A stretch of 54,262 bases of DNA, taken from a virus. Lineage: Duplodnaviria > Caudoviricetes. The stretch is taken from the IMG/VR virus record IMGVR_UViG_3300009149_000003, positions 1-54,262 of that record, one strand, 5' to 3'. Every line of letters starts with the position of its first letter. The first letter of the stretch is position 1. A program made the translations under genes and the position numbers. This document shows, in pieces, positions 18,456-27,620 of this stretch. The notes below the pieces were generated by a model. That model had not been told where the DNA came from. It worked only from the letters and a program-made list of their open reading frames with translations, and ran no database searches.

Positions 18456-19138
18456 ACCCAACCGACCAGACGCGGATCGCTGCGTACTACGATGAGTATC
18501 TCGACTACCTTAAGCGCGACCACGTGCTGGGGAACAAGCGTCTCTCCCGGGTAAAGGTCAGTCTATCGGCCATCGTCCGGCCCGGCCAATCCATCCTCGA
18601 CCTCGGCTGCGGGACAGGGATCACGTCGCAATTCATGGGACAACTTGGGGCGACGGTCATGGCAGTGGACATATCCCCGGCACTTATTGAGTTCGCCCGT
18701 GAGCATTCGGCGCACCGGAACGTTGAATACCTCGTCGCGGATGTCACGGCGTTGGAATTCGACCGCACGTTTGACGGCATTGTCATGGTGGATGTGTTCG
18801 AGCACATTCCGCCCGGCGATATATCTGATCTCCTGGCGGTGATCGCGCGGCACTCCGGCGATAAGACATGGGTGTTCCTGAACATCCCGGACGGCCGATA
18901 CCAGGCAATGGCGCGCGCGCTCATCCCCCATCGGCTGCAGATCGTGGATGAGAGCTATCATCTTATCCAGTTGCTCTCCATATTCCGGGGCATCGGCTTC
19001 GAGGCCGCCAACATCGACATCTACGGGATCGACGTGGCATGCCAGTACAATTCGATCCTGTTCCAGCGCGGGGACAGCATCCGAGAGGCATATAAGACCA
19101 TGATGAGTCAATATAGCGCCGGGAAGGATGCCGATTGA
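18452..19138 (+). CDS. Class I SAM-dependent methyltransferase
   Basis: ILDLGCGTG, AVDIS, FDGIVMVDVFEHI. Confidence 0.9.
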   Translation: MNPTDQTRIAAYYDEYLDYLKRDHVLGNKRLSRVKVSLSAIVRPGQSILDLGCGTGITSQFMGQLGATVMAVDISPALIEFAREHSAHRNVEYLVADVTALEFDRTFDGIVMVDVFEHIPPGDISDLLAVIARHSGDKTWVFLNIPDGRYQAMARALIPHRLQIVDESYHLIQLLSIFRGIGFEAANIDIYGIDVACQYNSILFQRGDSIREAYKTMMSQYSAGKDAD

Positions 19139-19313
19139 AATAATGCCGATGGAAAAAGTGATTGACATAGACACAATCATACGGGATGTTTCGCACAGTA
19201 TGCGGGAATCCGTTGCGACGTGCAAAGATACACTGCCATTTTTCGGCCGCATCACGTTCTGCTTCGAGAGGGGACGGGTAACACACGTTGAGAAACATGA
19301 GGTCATCAAGTGA
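19128..19313 (+). CDS. Small DUF2292/YezD-like protein
   Basis: FGRITFCFERGRVTHVEKHEVIK resembles the DUF2292 C-terminal beta pattern. Confidence 0.45.
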   Translation: MPIEIMPMEKVIDIDTIIRDVSHSMRESVATCKDTLPFFGRITFCFERGRVTHVEKHEVIK

Positions 19314-19367
19314 GGGAAGCGGGATAACAGCGAAGTGACATAGAAACATATACATCAGTGTCGGGAC

Positions 19368-19406
19368 AACCGGGCTGGCGCACAGAGTGCGTTCGCCCGG
19401 TTTTTT
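19368..19406 (+). terminator. Intrinsic terminator or attenuator hairpin
   Basis: AACCGGGC...GCCCGGTT stem followed by a T-tract. Confidence 0.6.
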
Positions 19407-19424
19407 GTTTACGGAGGTGGAAAG

Positions 19425-19829
19425 ATGAAAAAGGTTACACTGATGTTCGCGTTCGTGGTACTGATGCTGGCCTTCGCCCAGATCGGCCATGCGCAACAGC
19501 TCCGCGTTGCCGTCACCGACACGCTCACCCTGAGCGCCCCCGGATACACGGCGGCCGTCTGGTGCGGCAGCGGCTTCAACAAGCTCCTCTGGTACTTCAA
19601 GATCGCGAGCATCAACACCCGGGTCTCCGTCGCCGTCCAGGTGAAGAAGGGCAATAGCAACTGGACGAACGTGTACGCCGACTCCCTGGTCTACACCGCG
19701 AACGGGTCGTATGGCTTGGAATGGGATAATGTCGCGCTCGCCGATTCCGTCCGTTTCCGGTTCATCGCCGAGGCCGGCGGGTCCGCCGCGCTGATCACAC
19801 AGAATGTCGCTTTGGCAGGAGGTATTTGA
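19425..19829 (+). CDS. Beta-rich protein with a Sec signal peptide
   Basis: MKKVTLMFAFVVLMLAFAQIGHA|QQ classical n/h/c regions; GGAGG RBS. Confidence 0.8.
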   Translation: MKKVTLMFAFVVLMLAFAQIGHAQQLRVAVTDTLTLSAPGYTAAVWCGSGFNKLLWYFKIASINTRVSVAVQVKKGNSNWTNVYADSLVYTANGSYGLEWDNVALADSVRFRFIAEAGGSAALITQNVALAGGI

Positions 19830-20619
19830 TGATGCGAAAATTCATGCTGGTATTCGCGGTGCTTGTTGTCGCCCTGGCGTTTCTGTTCGGCGGGGACAGG
19901 CGAGTGACGCGGAAACAATGAGGTTGTCCGGGTCCACGATCAACCTTTCGGTGCCTTCGGATGACACCCTGTCTACCGTCCACCAAGAGTTGCAGGCGCT
20001 CACGAGTGCGACCGAGGATACTCTTACGGACATCCACTCGGATCTGACCGGCAGGGCTCAAGCCCTTAAAGATACTCTTACAGCCACGCATGCTGATGTG
20101 ACCGGCCGCGCCCAGGCACTCAAGGATACCCTGACGGCTACCCACGCAGATGTGACGGGGAGAGCGAAGGCGCTTGCGGACACTCTCACCGACGTCCACG
20201 AGAAGGTGCAGGCAATATTGATGGATTTATATGCCGGCACAAAAACCGCGACTACCACGGAAGACCTGGCTCAGTCAGCGACGTCTTATACCCTATTCAC
20301 GGGGACCACGGCGGATGTGATTCTTGAGGGCATATCCCTGCGCAATGCAAACGTGAATTGCTCGGATGACGCCTCGTTTACCGGCATATCAATTCAGACA
20401 GACGATGCGACTGTCGCCACATTCATATCTCAGACAGACGGAGTTAAAGCAAACCTCACTGCGGAGGCGACGATCGCCTGGACGGGTTCGGCTGTAATCA
20501 AAACAGGCACGATTATCAAACTAACTATCTACGGTGCCGCTGCGGATGCCACATGCGCAGCGGATATCATAGCAACCTATCGGCCGACTGGAACAGGCAC
20601 AGGGACGCTTGTACCCTAA
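19829..20619 (+). pseudogene. Signal-peptide protein with 18-aa coiled-coil repeats, interrupted by a -1 frameshift at GGGG 19892-19895
   Basis: AGGAGG then TGATG start gives MMRKFMLVFAVLVVALAFLFGG..., which stops at 19921; the long ORF (GQASDAETMRL...) continues in the -1 frame to 20619; tandem DTLTATHADVTGRAQALK repeats. Confidence 0.65.
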
Positions 20620-20644
20620 AGAAACGCGAGAGGAGGAAACGGAC

Positions 20645-22177
20645 ATGAAAGCATTCAGAACCATAATTGTGTTTCTACTGCTGTTCTGCACAGTCGCCGG
20701 TGTTGCTTCCGGGGATGTGTTCATTAACGGGGTTCTGTCCGAAGAGGCGCAAGTTGTAACCGTGGCGAAAAGCGGTGGAGATTATCTCACTATCGGCGAC
20801 GCGATCACTTACGCGGTCGCTCAGACACCTTCTGCGAGCAATCTGTATACAATAGCGATCTACCCCGGTGTTTACACGGAAGCCGTAACGATGGCCGCAT
20901 TCGTCAACGTCAAGGGCGTGGGAACGCGGAACAGCGTCGTTATCTATCAAAGTGATGCTACCGTGGTCACACTTGCTACCAATTCAACGATTGAAAACCT
21001 CACTGTCCGATTGGGCGCAACCGGCGACCTCTCCTCCATAATCGATAATGGGGTGGCCTGTGTCGCAACAATAAAAGATGTCATCCTGGAATCGACCTAT
21101 ACCGGTGGGGGTGCATGGAATCCGATCCACATTTCAGGTGACGGGACATATACCATCGACGGCGTGTATATGAGGAAAACCGAGCTACTCGGTGGAGAGG
21201 GTGACGACTGTTTTCTCTACGTCGATCACTGTACGGCGACCATCTATGTGACAAACTGCGATATCGACATGCGCGGCACTGCCCCCGACGAGGGCGAGGC
21301 CATGAACATGATGTTCCTGATTGTCGGGACGGACGTCGCTACTATTCACTCATCCAATAACAGGTTCGACGGCGATGGCGATGCGGCTCTGTGCTATTTC
21401 GAGGCCGGTGGCAGAATGATAAGTAACAATGATGCCAATTTCCTTACTTATCCTAACCAGCTTTTGGGAGGTTCGACTTTAACAGTTACTGACCATGACT
21501 TCGCCGGAATTTATACGCTTGATGCGTCAACAGCAACCACAATCGCTCTTGCCGATGCTTATGAGAAGATTGTGACGTTCACCGCCGACATGGAAGAACA
21601 GACCAGTAACGGTGCGCACGGAACAGATAATATCACCATCGGCGCAACCGGTACATACAGTATTGACTATCAGTTAGACTTTGAATCTGCCGCTGCCGCC
21701 AAGTTTTTTGGGTTCTCTGTTTTTGAGATAACCGCCGTTGCTGCAGGAACCGCTATAACCGGTATTTCCGAGGCAACACCAGGAGTTGTAACTACATCGG
21801 CGAATCATGGCCTAACCAACGGCGATAGGGTGAAGATAACCGGTGTCGTTGGCATGGTTGAAGTCAATGATAACGTATACACCATTGCCAACAAGGCAGA
21901 CAAAACCTTCGAATTAACGGATGACGAAGGTGTTGATATTGCCACTGGCGGTTATACGAGCTGGAGTTCGGGCGGTACAGTTCATCTTGCGACACAGATA
22001 GAGGCCGGTTATTCTCGTGCTGGATTTACGAACCAAGATATTCCTCGGACAGCATCCGCCGTTTGTTATGCAACTTTAACCGCAGGCAATACTCTCGAAA
22101 TGTACGTCAAGGATATAACAGACGATACCGACGGTACTTTGTCGGCCGGACAGTTCAAGATGCAAAGGATTAAGTAA
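20645..22177 (+). CDS. Signal-peptide protein with pectinesterase/beta-helix-like region and FCCH-like beta domain (spike or adhesin-like)
   Basis: MKAFRTIIVFLLLFCTVAGVASG|D; VTVAKSGGDYLTIGDAI...IYPGVYTE; ITGISEATPGVVTTSANHGLTNGDRVKITGVVGMVEVN; GAGGAGG RBS. Confidence 0.75.
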   Translation: MKAFRTIIVFLLLFCTVAGVASGDVFINGVLSEEAQVVTVAKSGGDYLTIGDAITYAVAQTPSASNLYTIAIYPGVYTEAVTMAAFVNVKGVGTRNSVVIYQSDATVVTLATNSTIENLTVRLGATGDLSSIIDNGVACVATIKDVILESTYTGGGAWNPIHISGDGTYTIDGVYMRKTELLGGEGDDCFLYVDHCTATIYVTNCDIDMRGTAPDEGEAMNMMFLIVGTDVATIHSSNNRFDGDGDAALCYFEAGGRMISNNDANFLTYPNQLLGGSTLTVTDHDFAGIYTLDASTATTIALADAYEKIVTFTADMEEQTSNGAHGTDNITIGATGTYSIDYQLDFESAAAAKFFGFSVFEITAVAAGTAITGISEATPGVVTTSANHGLTNGDRVKITGVVGMVEVNDNVYTIANKADKTFELTDDEGVDIATGGYTSWSSGGTVHLATQIEAGYSRAGFTNQDIPRTASAVCYATLTAGNTLEMYVKDITDDTDGTLSAGQFKMQRIK

Positions 22178-22335
22178 TGCCCCTAATGCGGTGTCAGAAA
22201 GACGGTAAGCCCGGATGGAAATTTGGGGATTCGGGTTTCTGCTACACATACTCGGGCAATGATAGGGCTGCGGAAGCGGCGGCAAAACTGAAGGCGGCAA
22301 AGCAGGGTGCCGCGGAACATATAAATGAGAGGTGA
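22177..22335 (+). CDS. Small conserved phage protein (52 aa, not in ORF track)
   Basis: TAATG overlap; MPLMRCQKDGKPGWKFGDSGFCYTY... resembles a small head-region phage protein. Confidence 0.55.
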   Translation: MPLMRCQKDGKPGWKFGDSGFCYTYSGNDRAAEAAAKLKAAKQGAAEHINER

Positions 22336-22338
22336 GAA

Positions 22339-23094
22339 ATGTTGTTTGAAAAAGAAATCAAAGCCGCACTGGGAAAAGCAGGGCTGGCAGAGAGCCTGGC
22401 AGATCAGATCACGATCAAGACTGTGGACGAGATTGAGGGCGCAATATTGGCACTCAAGACGGACACTGACAGGTTGAAGGGAATGAGCGAAAGCGAGTTT
22501 CTGGCAGCGATAAAAAGTGCGGGACTGGACGATTCACTCAAAGGTTATGTTCAGAGGGAATTCGACAGGCGCGTAACTGATGCCATACAGAAACACGACG
22601 AGAAGCTCAAAAAAGCGGCTGAAGACGCCGCGAAGAAGAAGGACGATGACAAGGCGAAGGAAACCATGACGGAAGAGCAGAAACGTATCCAGTCGCTTGA
22701 GGAAGCCAACAAGGCGCTCGCCGAGAGACTTGACGGCCTCAGCACCACCATCACCACGGGCAACATGGATGCTAAACTTCGCGCGGAACTGAAGAAATCA
22801 GGATTGAGCGAGGAATTCTCCGCATACGTCACGGTGACCGATCCCGAAAAGGTCGCGGATGCGGTATCGGATTTCAAGGCGAAACTCGATGCGCATCAGC
22901 AGACCGTCATCGACAAGAAGCTCGAAGCGGGCGAATTCGCCCCGGTGAAGAAGGGTGGCGCCGGCCAGACCGTCGAGGAGAGCAATATCGCCGAATACGC
23001 GAAGTCTCTCGGCAAAGGCGGTGCCGTCAAAAACCCTGATTTCCTCGGCAAGATTTCGTCCGCCGAACCGGTAACAGCAGACACAAAGGGGTAA
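22339..23094 (+). CDS. Capsid scaffolding protein
   Basis: Charged coiled coil with QREFDRRVTDA; lies before the decoration and capsid genes. Confidence 0.75.
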   Translation: MLFEKEIKAALGKAGLAESLADQITIKTVDEIEGAILALKTDTDRLKGMSESEFLAAIKSAGLDDSLKGYVQREFDRRVTDAIQKHDEKLKKAAEDAAKKKDDDKAKETMTEEQKRIQSLEEANKALAERLDGLSTTITTGNMDAKLRAELKKSGLSEEFSAYVTVTDPEKVADAVSDFKAKLDAHQQTVIDKKLEAGEFAPVKKGGAGQTVEESNIAEYAKSLGKGGAVKNPDFLGKISSAEPVTADTKG

Positions 23095-23100
23095 CATGAT

Positions 23101-23760
23101 ATGTCTCTGCAATGCATCAAACAAACAGAGACGCAGTACAATCCCGTGTTTCTCAAGATACTGGAGGATGTCGTGGGCGGGGTAACGATCCGAACGGCTC
23201 GAATCCCGACTACGACAAAGTTCCTCCGGCCCGGGACACCGCTGAAAGCCGATACCACTTCGGTCGGTCTCTACGACATTGTGAAGACCGCGAAACTGAA
23301 GAGGACCCTCGGCACATCGGCCTGCGTCACGATCTACGTCTACAGTTCCAGCTTGCCAAATGCGCCCGGCCATGAATTCAAGGTCGGCGAATGGATCATG
23401 ATCGACAGCACCGGTTCCGCCGCGACGATCGCCTCGATCACCATCGGCGCGAAAACCAACGGCGTCGGAACGGACATCATCTACCTGACGGCTGGCGGCG
23501 GCGGCCTGAATGCTACGGCCATTACCGGCACGATTCTCCAGGAAGCCGATAACGATGTCACCACGGCGGCGGCTCCGCTTCATCTGGCGAGCTGCCTGCT
23601 CCGTGATGCCGTCCGGGTGCGCCTTGAATCCGGGTACACCCTGCAGAACATCATGGCCGGTGCGGTCGTGCGCGGTACGGTGGATGAGTCCATCCTGCCG
23701 TATGCCATGCCCACCGAAGCCGTAAAGACACCCTTGACCGCGCGGATTCGATTCGTCTAA
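23101..23760 (+). CDS. Head decoration protein
   Basis: Lies between scaffold and MCP; GGVTI...GTPL...VKTAK...GTV.ES.LPY pattern. Confidence 0.65.
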   Translation: MSLQCIKQTETQYNPVFLKILEDVVGGVTIRTARIPTTTKFLRPGTPLKADTTSVGLYDIVKTAKLKRTLGTSACVTIYVYSSSLPNAPGHEFKVGEWIMIDSTGSAATIASITIGAKTNGVGTDIIYLTAGGGGLNATAITGTILQEADNDVTTAAAPLHLASCLLRDAVRVRLESGYTLQNIMAGAVVRGTVDESILPYAMPTEAVKTPLTARIRFV

Positions 23761-23774
23761 GGAGGTGAGCCTCG

Positions 23775-24884
23775 ATGGAACGTTCCATTCTCAAAGAATC
23801 TTCCAACAAGAATCTTGAGGTTTTCCTCAAGAATCGCGTGTACGAAAAGCTGTACTATCCTGATTTCTTCCCTATCAAGAGGGTCAACTCGCTCTCCTAT
23901 GAGACGCTGATTGGCAGCAGGGGGAACCGTGTCGCCGCCGACGTGGTGACATTCAATTCCAGCGCCCCGGAGAAGACCCGCAAGGTCATTTCCCGGCTCA
24001 CCGGTGAAATCCCGCCCATCAGGATGAAGAAAATCATGAAGGAAACTGACCTGAATGATTACAACGTCCTGAAGGCGATGGGTAACGCCGACTTGCAGCA
24101 ACTCCTCGGCCTGGTATTCGGCGATGTCGATGCCTGTGTTGACGGCGTGAATGCCCGGCTCGAATGGCTCGCAATCCAAGCGTTGGCCGGCGGTACGATC
24201 ACACTGTCTACGACCAATAGTGCGGGCGTAATCACCCAGGCGGCGATCGACTTCCAACTCCCCGCAGCGAACAAAGAGGTTTGTTCCGCTGCCGATCAGT
24301 ACTGGACGACCGCCGCCTATTCGACCAATTCGCCCATCTCCAACATCGAGACGATCATCGCCGAGGCGAAGGCTGCCGGTTCGGGCATCAAGCACATCGT
24401 GATGAACCGGTCGAAGTGGATCGCGTTCCGGACCTCAACGCAGGTGCAGAACTACACCAGTGCGAGCTTTGTTTCCGGCTCGTGGGTGAAGTTGGCGCCG
24501 ACGCTCGCCCAGGTCAACGATATGCTGAGGGACCAGGGTCTTCCGGACATCATCGTGGTGGACACCGTGGTGGACATCGAGACCGAGGCCCACACCATCA
24601 CGTCGTATGACCCGTGGCTCAACTCTTCCAGCGCCGACAGATACGTGCTCTTCTGCCCGGAACTGCCGCTCGGCAACACGCTGGTCGGCCCGATAGCGAT
24701 GGAAACGAACCCTCCGAAGCAATGCACGATGGCCAAGAAGGGCCACATCCTGGTCAGCAAGTGGTCCGACGTGGATCCGATCGCCGAATACACGATGGGC
24801 GAGACCAACGCCTTCATCTCGTGGCCGACGATCGACTCCTGCTGGATACTCGACACGGAGAGCCATTCCACATATGGGGTGTAA
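23775..24884 (+). CDS. Major capsid protein (lambda gpE-like family)
   Basis: AADVVTFNS.AP.KTR, GEIPPI, VNARLEWLAIQAL, IDFQLP; 369 aa; AAGGAGG RBS. Confidence 0.88.
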   Translation: MERSILKESSNKNLEVFLKNRVYEKLYYPDFFPIKRVNSLSYETLIGSRGNRVAADVVTFNSSAPEKTRKVISRLTGEIPPIRMKKIMKETDLNDYNVLKAMGNADLQQLLGLVFGDVDACVDGVNARLEWLAIQALAGGTITLSTTNSAGVITQAAIDFQLPAANKEVCSAADQYWTTAAYSTNSPISNIETIIAEAKAAGSGIKHIVMNRSKWIAFRTSTQVQNYTSASFVSGSWVKLAPTLAQVNDMLRDQGLPDIIVVDTVVDIETEAHTITSYDPWLNSSSADRYVLFCPELPLGNTLVGPIAMETNPPKQCTMAKKGHILVSKWSDVDPIAEYTMGETNAFISWPTIDSCWILDTESHSTYGV

Positions 24885-24887
24885 GGC

Positions 24888-25199
24888 ATGACGATACTCG
24901 AAGCACTCCAGGCGATGTTGGAGTACGAGAACGACAACCTGCTGGCGAAAGCGTTGACGGATAACGGAGCAACCAGCACGGCGACGTACACGTCGGCGGA
25001 TGAACGAGCGGTCGATCTGGCCGCGGCCGACATCTATCTCGTGCTCTGCAGTCATCCCGAATTCAGGGAGGGCTCGAAGTACGTGAATTACGCCAAAGGT
25101 GCGCTCATGTCGCTGGCAAGGGAACTGATGCGGAAGCATGGGGTCCTGCCGACGACAATCGGCGCACCGGTGGACTCAAGTTACCAGAAAATATGGTGA
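24888..25199 (+). CDS. Head-tail adaptor
   Basis: Position after MCP; MTILEAL...VDLAAADIY...EG helical pattern. Confidence 0.6.
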   Translation: MTILEALQAMLEYENDNLLAKALTDNGATSTATYTSADERAVDLAAADIYLVLCSHPEFREGSKYVNYAKGALMSLARELMRKHGVLPTTIGAPVDSSYQKIW

Positions 25200-25516
25200 G
25201 GCGGATGGTCAGCAAATATCCACATACGGCGACCATATCATGGCTAAGTGCCGGGACCACGAACTCCATCGGGGTCTGGACTCCCGGCACCCTCACCAGT
25301 CTCGCCATCACCTGTGACATGCAGCCGGTGAGCGGCCGGTACGTGGTAGGGGAAGGCGGCGCGGTATTGAACTACAACTGGAACGGCTTTGCCGAACGAT
25401 TTTCTGGCGATACGAGCATTCCGAATACCGCGAAATTGACCTTTGCCAGCGTTGACTACATCATCGTGCAACTGTTCGCGTACCAGAAACACGTGGAGAT
25501 GAAATGCCAGGACTGA
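25193..25516 (+). CDS. Head closure/stopper protein
   Basis: Position; KYPHT...C..QP beta-rich pattern. Confidence 0.55.
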   Translation: MVRRMVSKYPHTATISWLSAGTTNSIGVWTPGTLTSLAITCDMQPVSGRYVVGEGGAVLNYNWNGFAERFSGDTSIPNTAKLTFASVDYIIVQLFAYQKHVEMKCQD

Positions 25517-25926
25517 TACCTGAGTTCACGATGGGGGACATTAACCGCCGGATCGACAAGTTCCACCAGGCGAAAGTCAGGAAATGTTTCGAGGTACTGT
25601 CCTACGTCGGGATCGAGTGTGTCAAGTTCGCGAAAAAGCACCACGGGTATATGGACCAGACGGGTAATCTGACGAGTTCCATCGGATACGCCGTGATCTA
25701 CGACGGTGAGATCAAGAAGTCCATGATGATGCATGAAACCGGCGCGGCGCTTGTCGATCAATTGGCGAGGCAATATCCGAAGGGCATGGTGCTCGTGGTG
25801 GTCGCCGGCATGGAGTACGCGGCGGCGGTAGAGTCGAAGGGCTACGATGTCATCACCGGCAGCTCACAGGAAGGCGAGCAGTTGATGGCGTTCATGCGCG
25901 AAAAGCTCGGGGCGGTATTCGTATGA
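25504..25926 (+). CDS. Tail completion protein (HK97 gp10-like)
   Basis: YMDQTGNLTSSIGY and VVAGMEYAAAVESKGYDVI motifs. Confidence 0.75.
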   Translation: MPGLIPEFTMGDINRRIDKFHQAKVRKCFEVLSYVGIECVKFAKKHHGYMDQTGNLTSSIGYAVIYDGEIKKSMMMHETGAALVDQLARQYPKGMVLVVVAGMEYAAAVESKGYDVITGSSQEGEQLMAFMREKLGAVFV

Positions 25927-26330
25927 AAACGACGTTCGATGTCCTTGACGTGATATTCAAGGTCGTCAATGTGACGGCGGTCAAGGCGACGCTCACCGGG
26001 AAAGTCTACCGGAATGCGCGGCCCGTGGATTTGGTCACGCGGGACATCGTTGTCGTGGCGCTACCGATCTCCGGGGGCAAGGACATCGACGTACAGTTGT
26101 GTACGGTCATCCTGAATTGTTTCGCCAAGGATCTTGCGCCCGGCAGACCGGACGATACGAACCTGGACACAATGACCGCCGCGGTGATCGCCGTCCTGGA
26201 AGCATACGCCTCCACGACATCCTACATGGACCTTGAAATCAATAGTCAGGGGGTCATAGAGGACATCGACCAGGCGGGAATCAGCTATTCGTCTATCCGC
26301 GTAAACTGCACCATACAATTCAACACATGA
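25923..26330 (+). CDS. Tail terminator
   Basis: Position before the tail tube; GKVY...RP...DIVV pattern. Confidence 0.6.
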   Translation: MKTTFDVLDVIFKVVNVTAVKATLTGKVYRNARPVDLVTRDIVVVALPISGGKDIDVQLCTVILNCFAKDLAPGRPDDTNLDTMTAAVIAVLEAYASTTSYMDLEINSQGVIEDIDQAGISYSSIRVNCTIQFNT

Positions 26331-26346
26331 AAAGAGGTGAAACAAT

Positions 26347-26880
26347 ATGAGCGATATACGTTCCAACATCCGGCTCGTGGGGCTGGCATCCCTCCAGTTT
26401 GCGAATGTCCGGTCCACAGGTTCCTTTCCGGCCACGGCGGCCTCGTTCAGCACGATCGGCAACGTCATGCCGGGCTCAGCGCATTTCGTCGTTGAGGTAC
26501 CGGACGTGACTGATCTTTTCGTCGAGGAGGAGGATACGCCGGATATTCAGCTTTTTGGCCCGAGCAAGAAGTTCATTGAGTTCGCCGTTCGCGACATGGG
26601 GACGAAGACCCTCATCGCGGCGTTCGGCGGGGCCGCTGTGACGACCGTTTACAGTTTCCCGGTCACGTCTACGATTTACAGGGAGCAGGCGGTCAAGGCG
26701 GTGTCGAAGGTCATCAACGGGAAGAGTCTGACGTTCAAGATCCCCAGGGCCTCGATCGCGACCGGTGGTGATTTAAGGTTCGCTCGCAATGAGAGCGGGC
26801 AGATCACCTTCGCGTGCAACGTGCTCATGCCGAACAGTTCAACGGCGATCTCCCCCTGCACGATCACGCAGACGACCTAA
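26347..26880 (+). CDS. Major tail tube protein
   Basis: Position; beta-rich 177 aa with F.IPRA motif. Confidence 0.7.
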   Translation: MSDIRSNIRLVGLASLQFANVRSTGSFPATAASFSTIGNVMPGSAHFVVEVPDVTDLFVEEEDTPDIQLFGPSKKFIEFAVRDMGTKTLIAAFGGAAVTTVYSFPVTSTIYREQAVKAVSKVINGKSLTFKIPRASIATGGDLRFARNESGQITFACNVLMPNSSTAISPCTITQTT

Positions 26881-27104
26881 CCGGGAAAAGTCGGCATGAA
26901 ACGTAAGCAGGAGAAACCGAAACCCAAAGAGGAGAAAATACCGGTTCATGCCCCGGTGGCAAAGGAACCGGTGCCGGCCGAGAAGTACCGGCATTTCACG
27001 AAGCACTGATACGGGGAGTCCTCGTTCACGGCATACGGGCCGTTTCCCTCTCCTTTCCGGCCTCATAGAGGACGAGGGCTCTCCACAAAAAGGAGAAACA
27101 GAGC

Positions 27105-27620
27105 ATGGATGAGATACTCACCAAGGCCAAACCTGATATCGCCCCCGATATCGTGCGGACGATCCTCCAGGATGGCGTCGATTTCGAGGTGACAGCGGGA
27201 CTCGGCACGCTCTTGCGGCGCCTGAAACTCACCCCGGCGAGCCGCACGTTCATCATCTACCCGATCAACCTCGGCACCCTGTTCAACATCTCGAAGGTCA
27301 TCCTCACCATGACGGAGATCGAATCTCTCGAAGGCGAGGATCTATTCGCCGTCGGGATACGGAATATCACCGAGAACAAGGACAAGATGCTTGAGGTCGT
27401 GGCGCTCGCGATCCTGAACCGGCGGATATCGACGCCTTGGGTGCGGCTCCGGAAGTGGATGCTCAAGCGATATCTCGACGCCAACCTTGACCCGCGCGAA
27501 CTGCTGAAATTGGCGAGTCTCGTCATAGCGCAGATGGACGTGACCGATTTTTTGGCGTCTTTCGTCTCGATCAAGCGACTAAATCTGGTCGAGGCGAAGC
27601 GGGTGGCAACGGTCTCGTAA
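27105..27620 (+). CDS. Tail assembly chaperone (gpG-like)
   Basis: Between tube and tape measure; slippery T TTT TTG at 27548-27554. Confidence 0.75.
   Translation: MDEILTKAKPDIAPDIVRTILQDGVDFEVTAGLGTLLRRLKLTPASRTFIIYPINLGTLFNISKVILTMTEIESLEGEDLFAVGIRNITENKDKMLEVVALAILNRRISTPWVRLRKWMLKRYLDANLDPRELLKLASLVIAQMDVTDFLASFVSIKRLNLVEAKRVATVS

Noticed and set aside
17334-18461. Long minus-strand ORFs opposite core genes (also 27622-28527, 29579-30598, 7284-8036)
   Set aside because: Antisense shadows of GC-rich coding sequence with no motifs or RBS.
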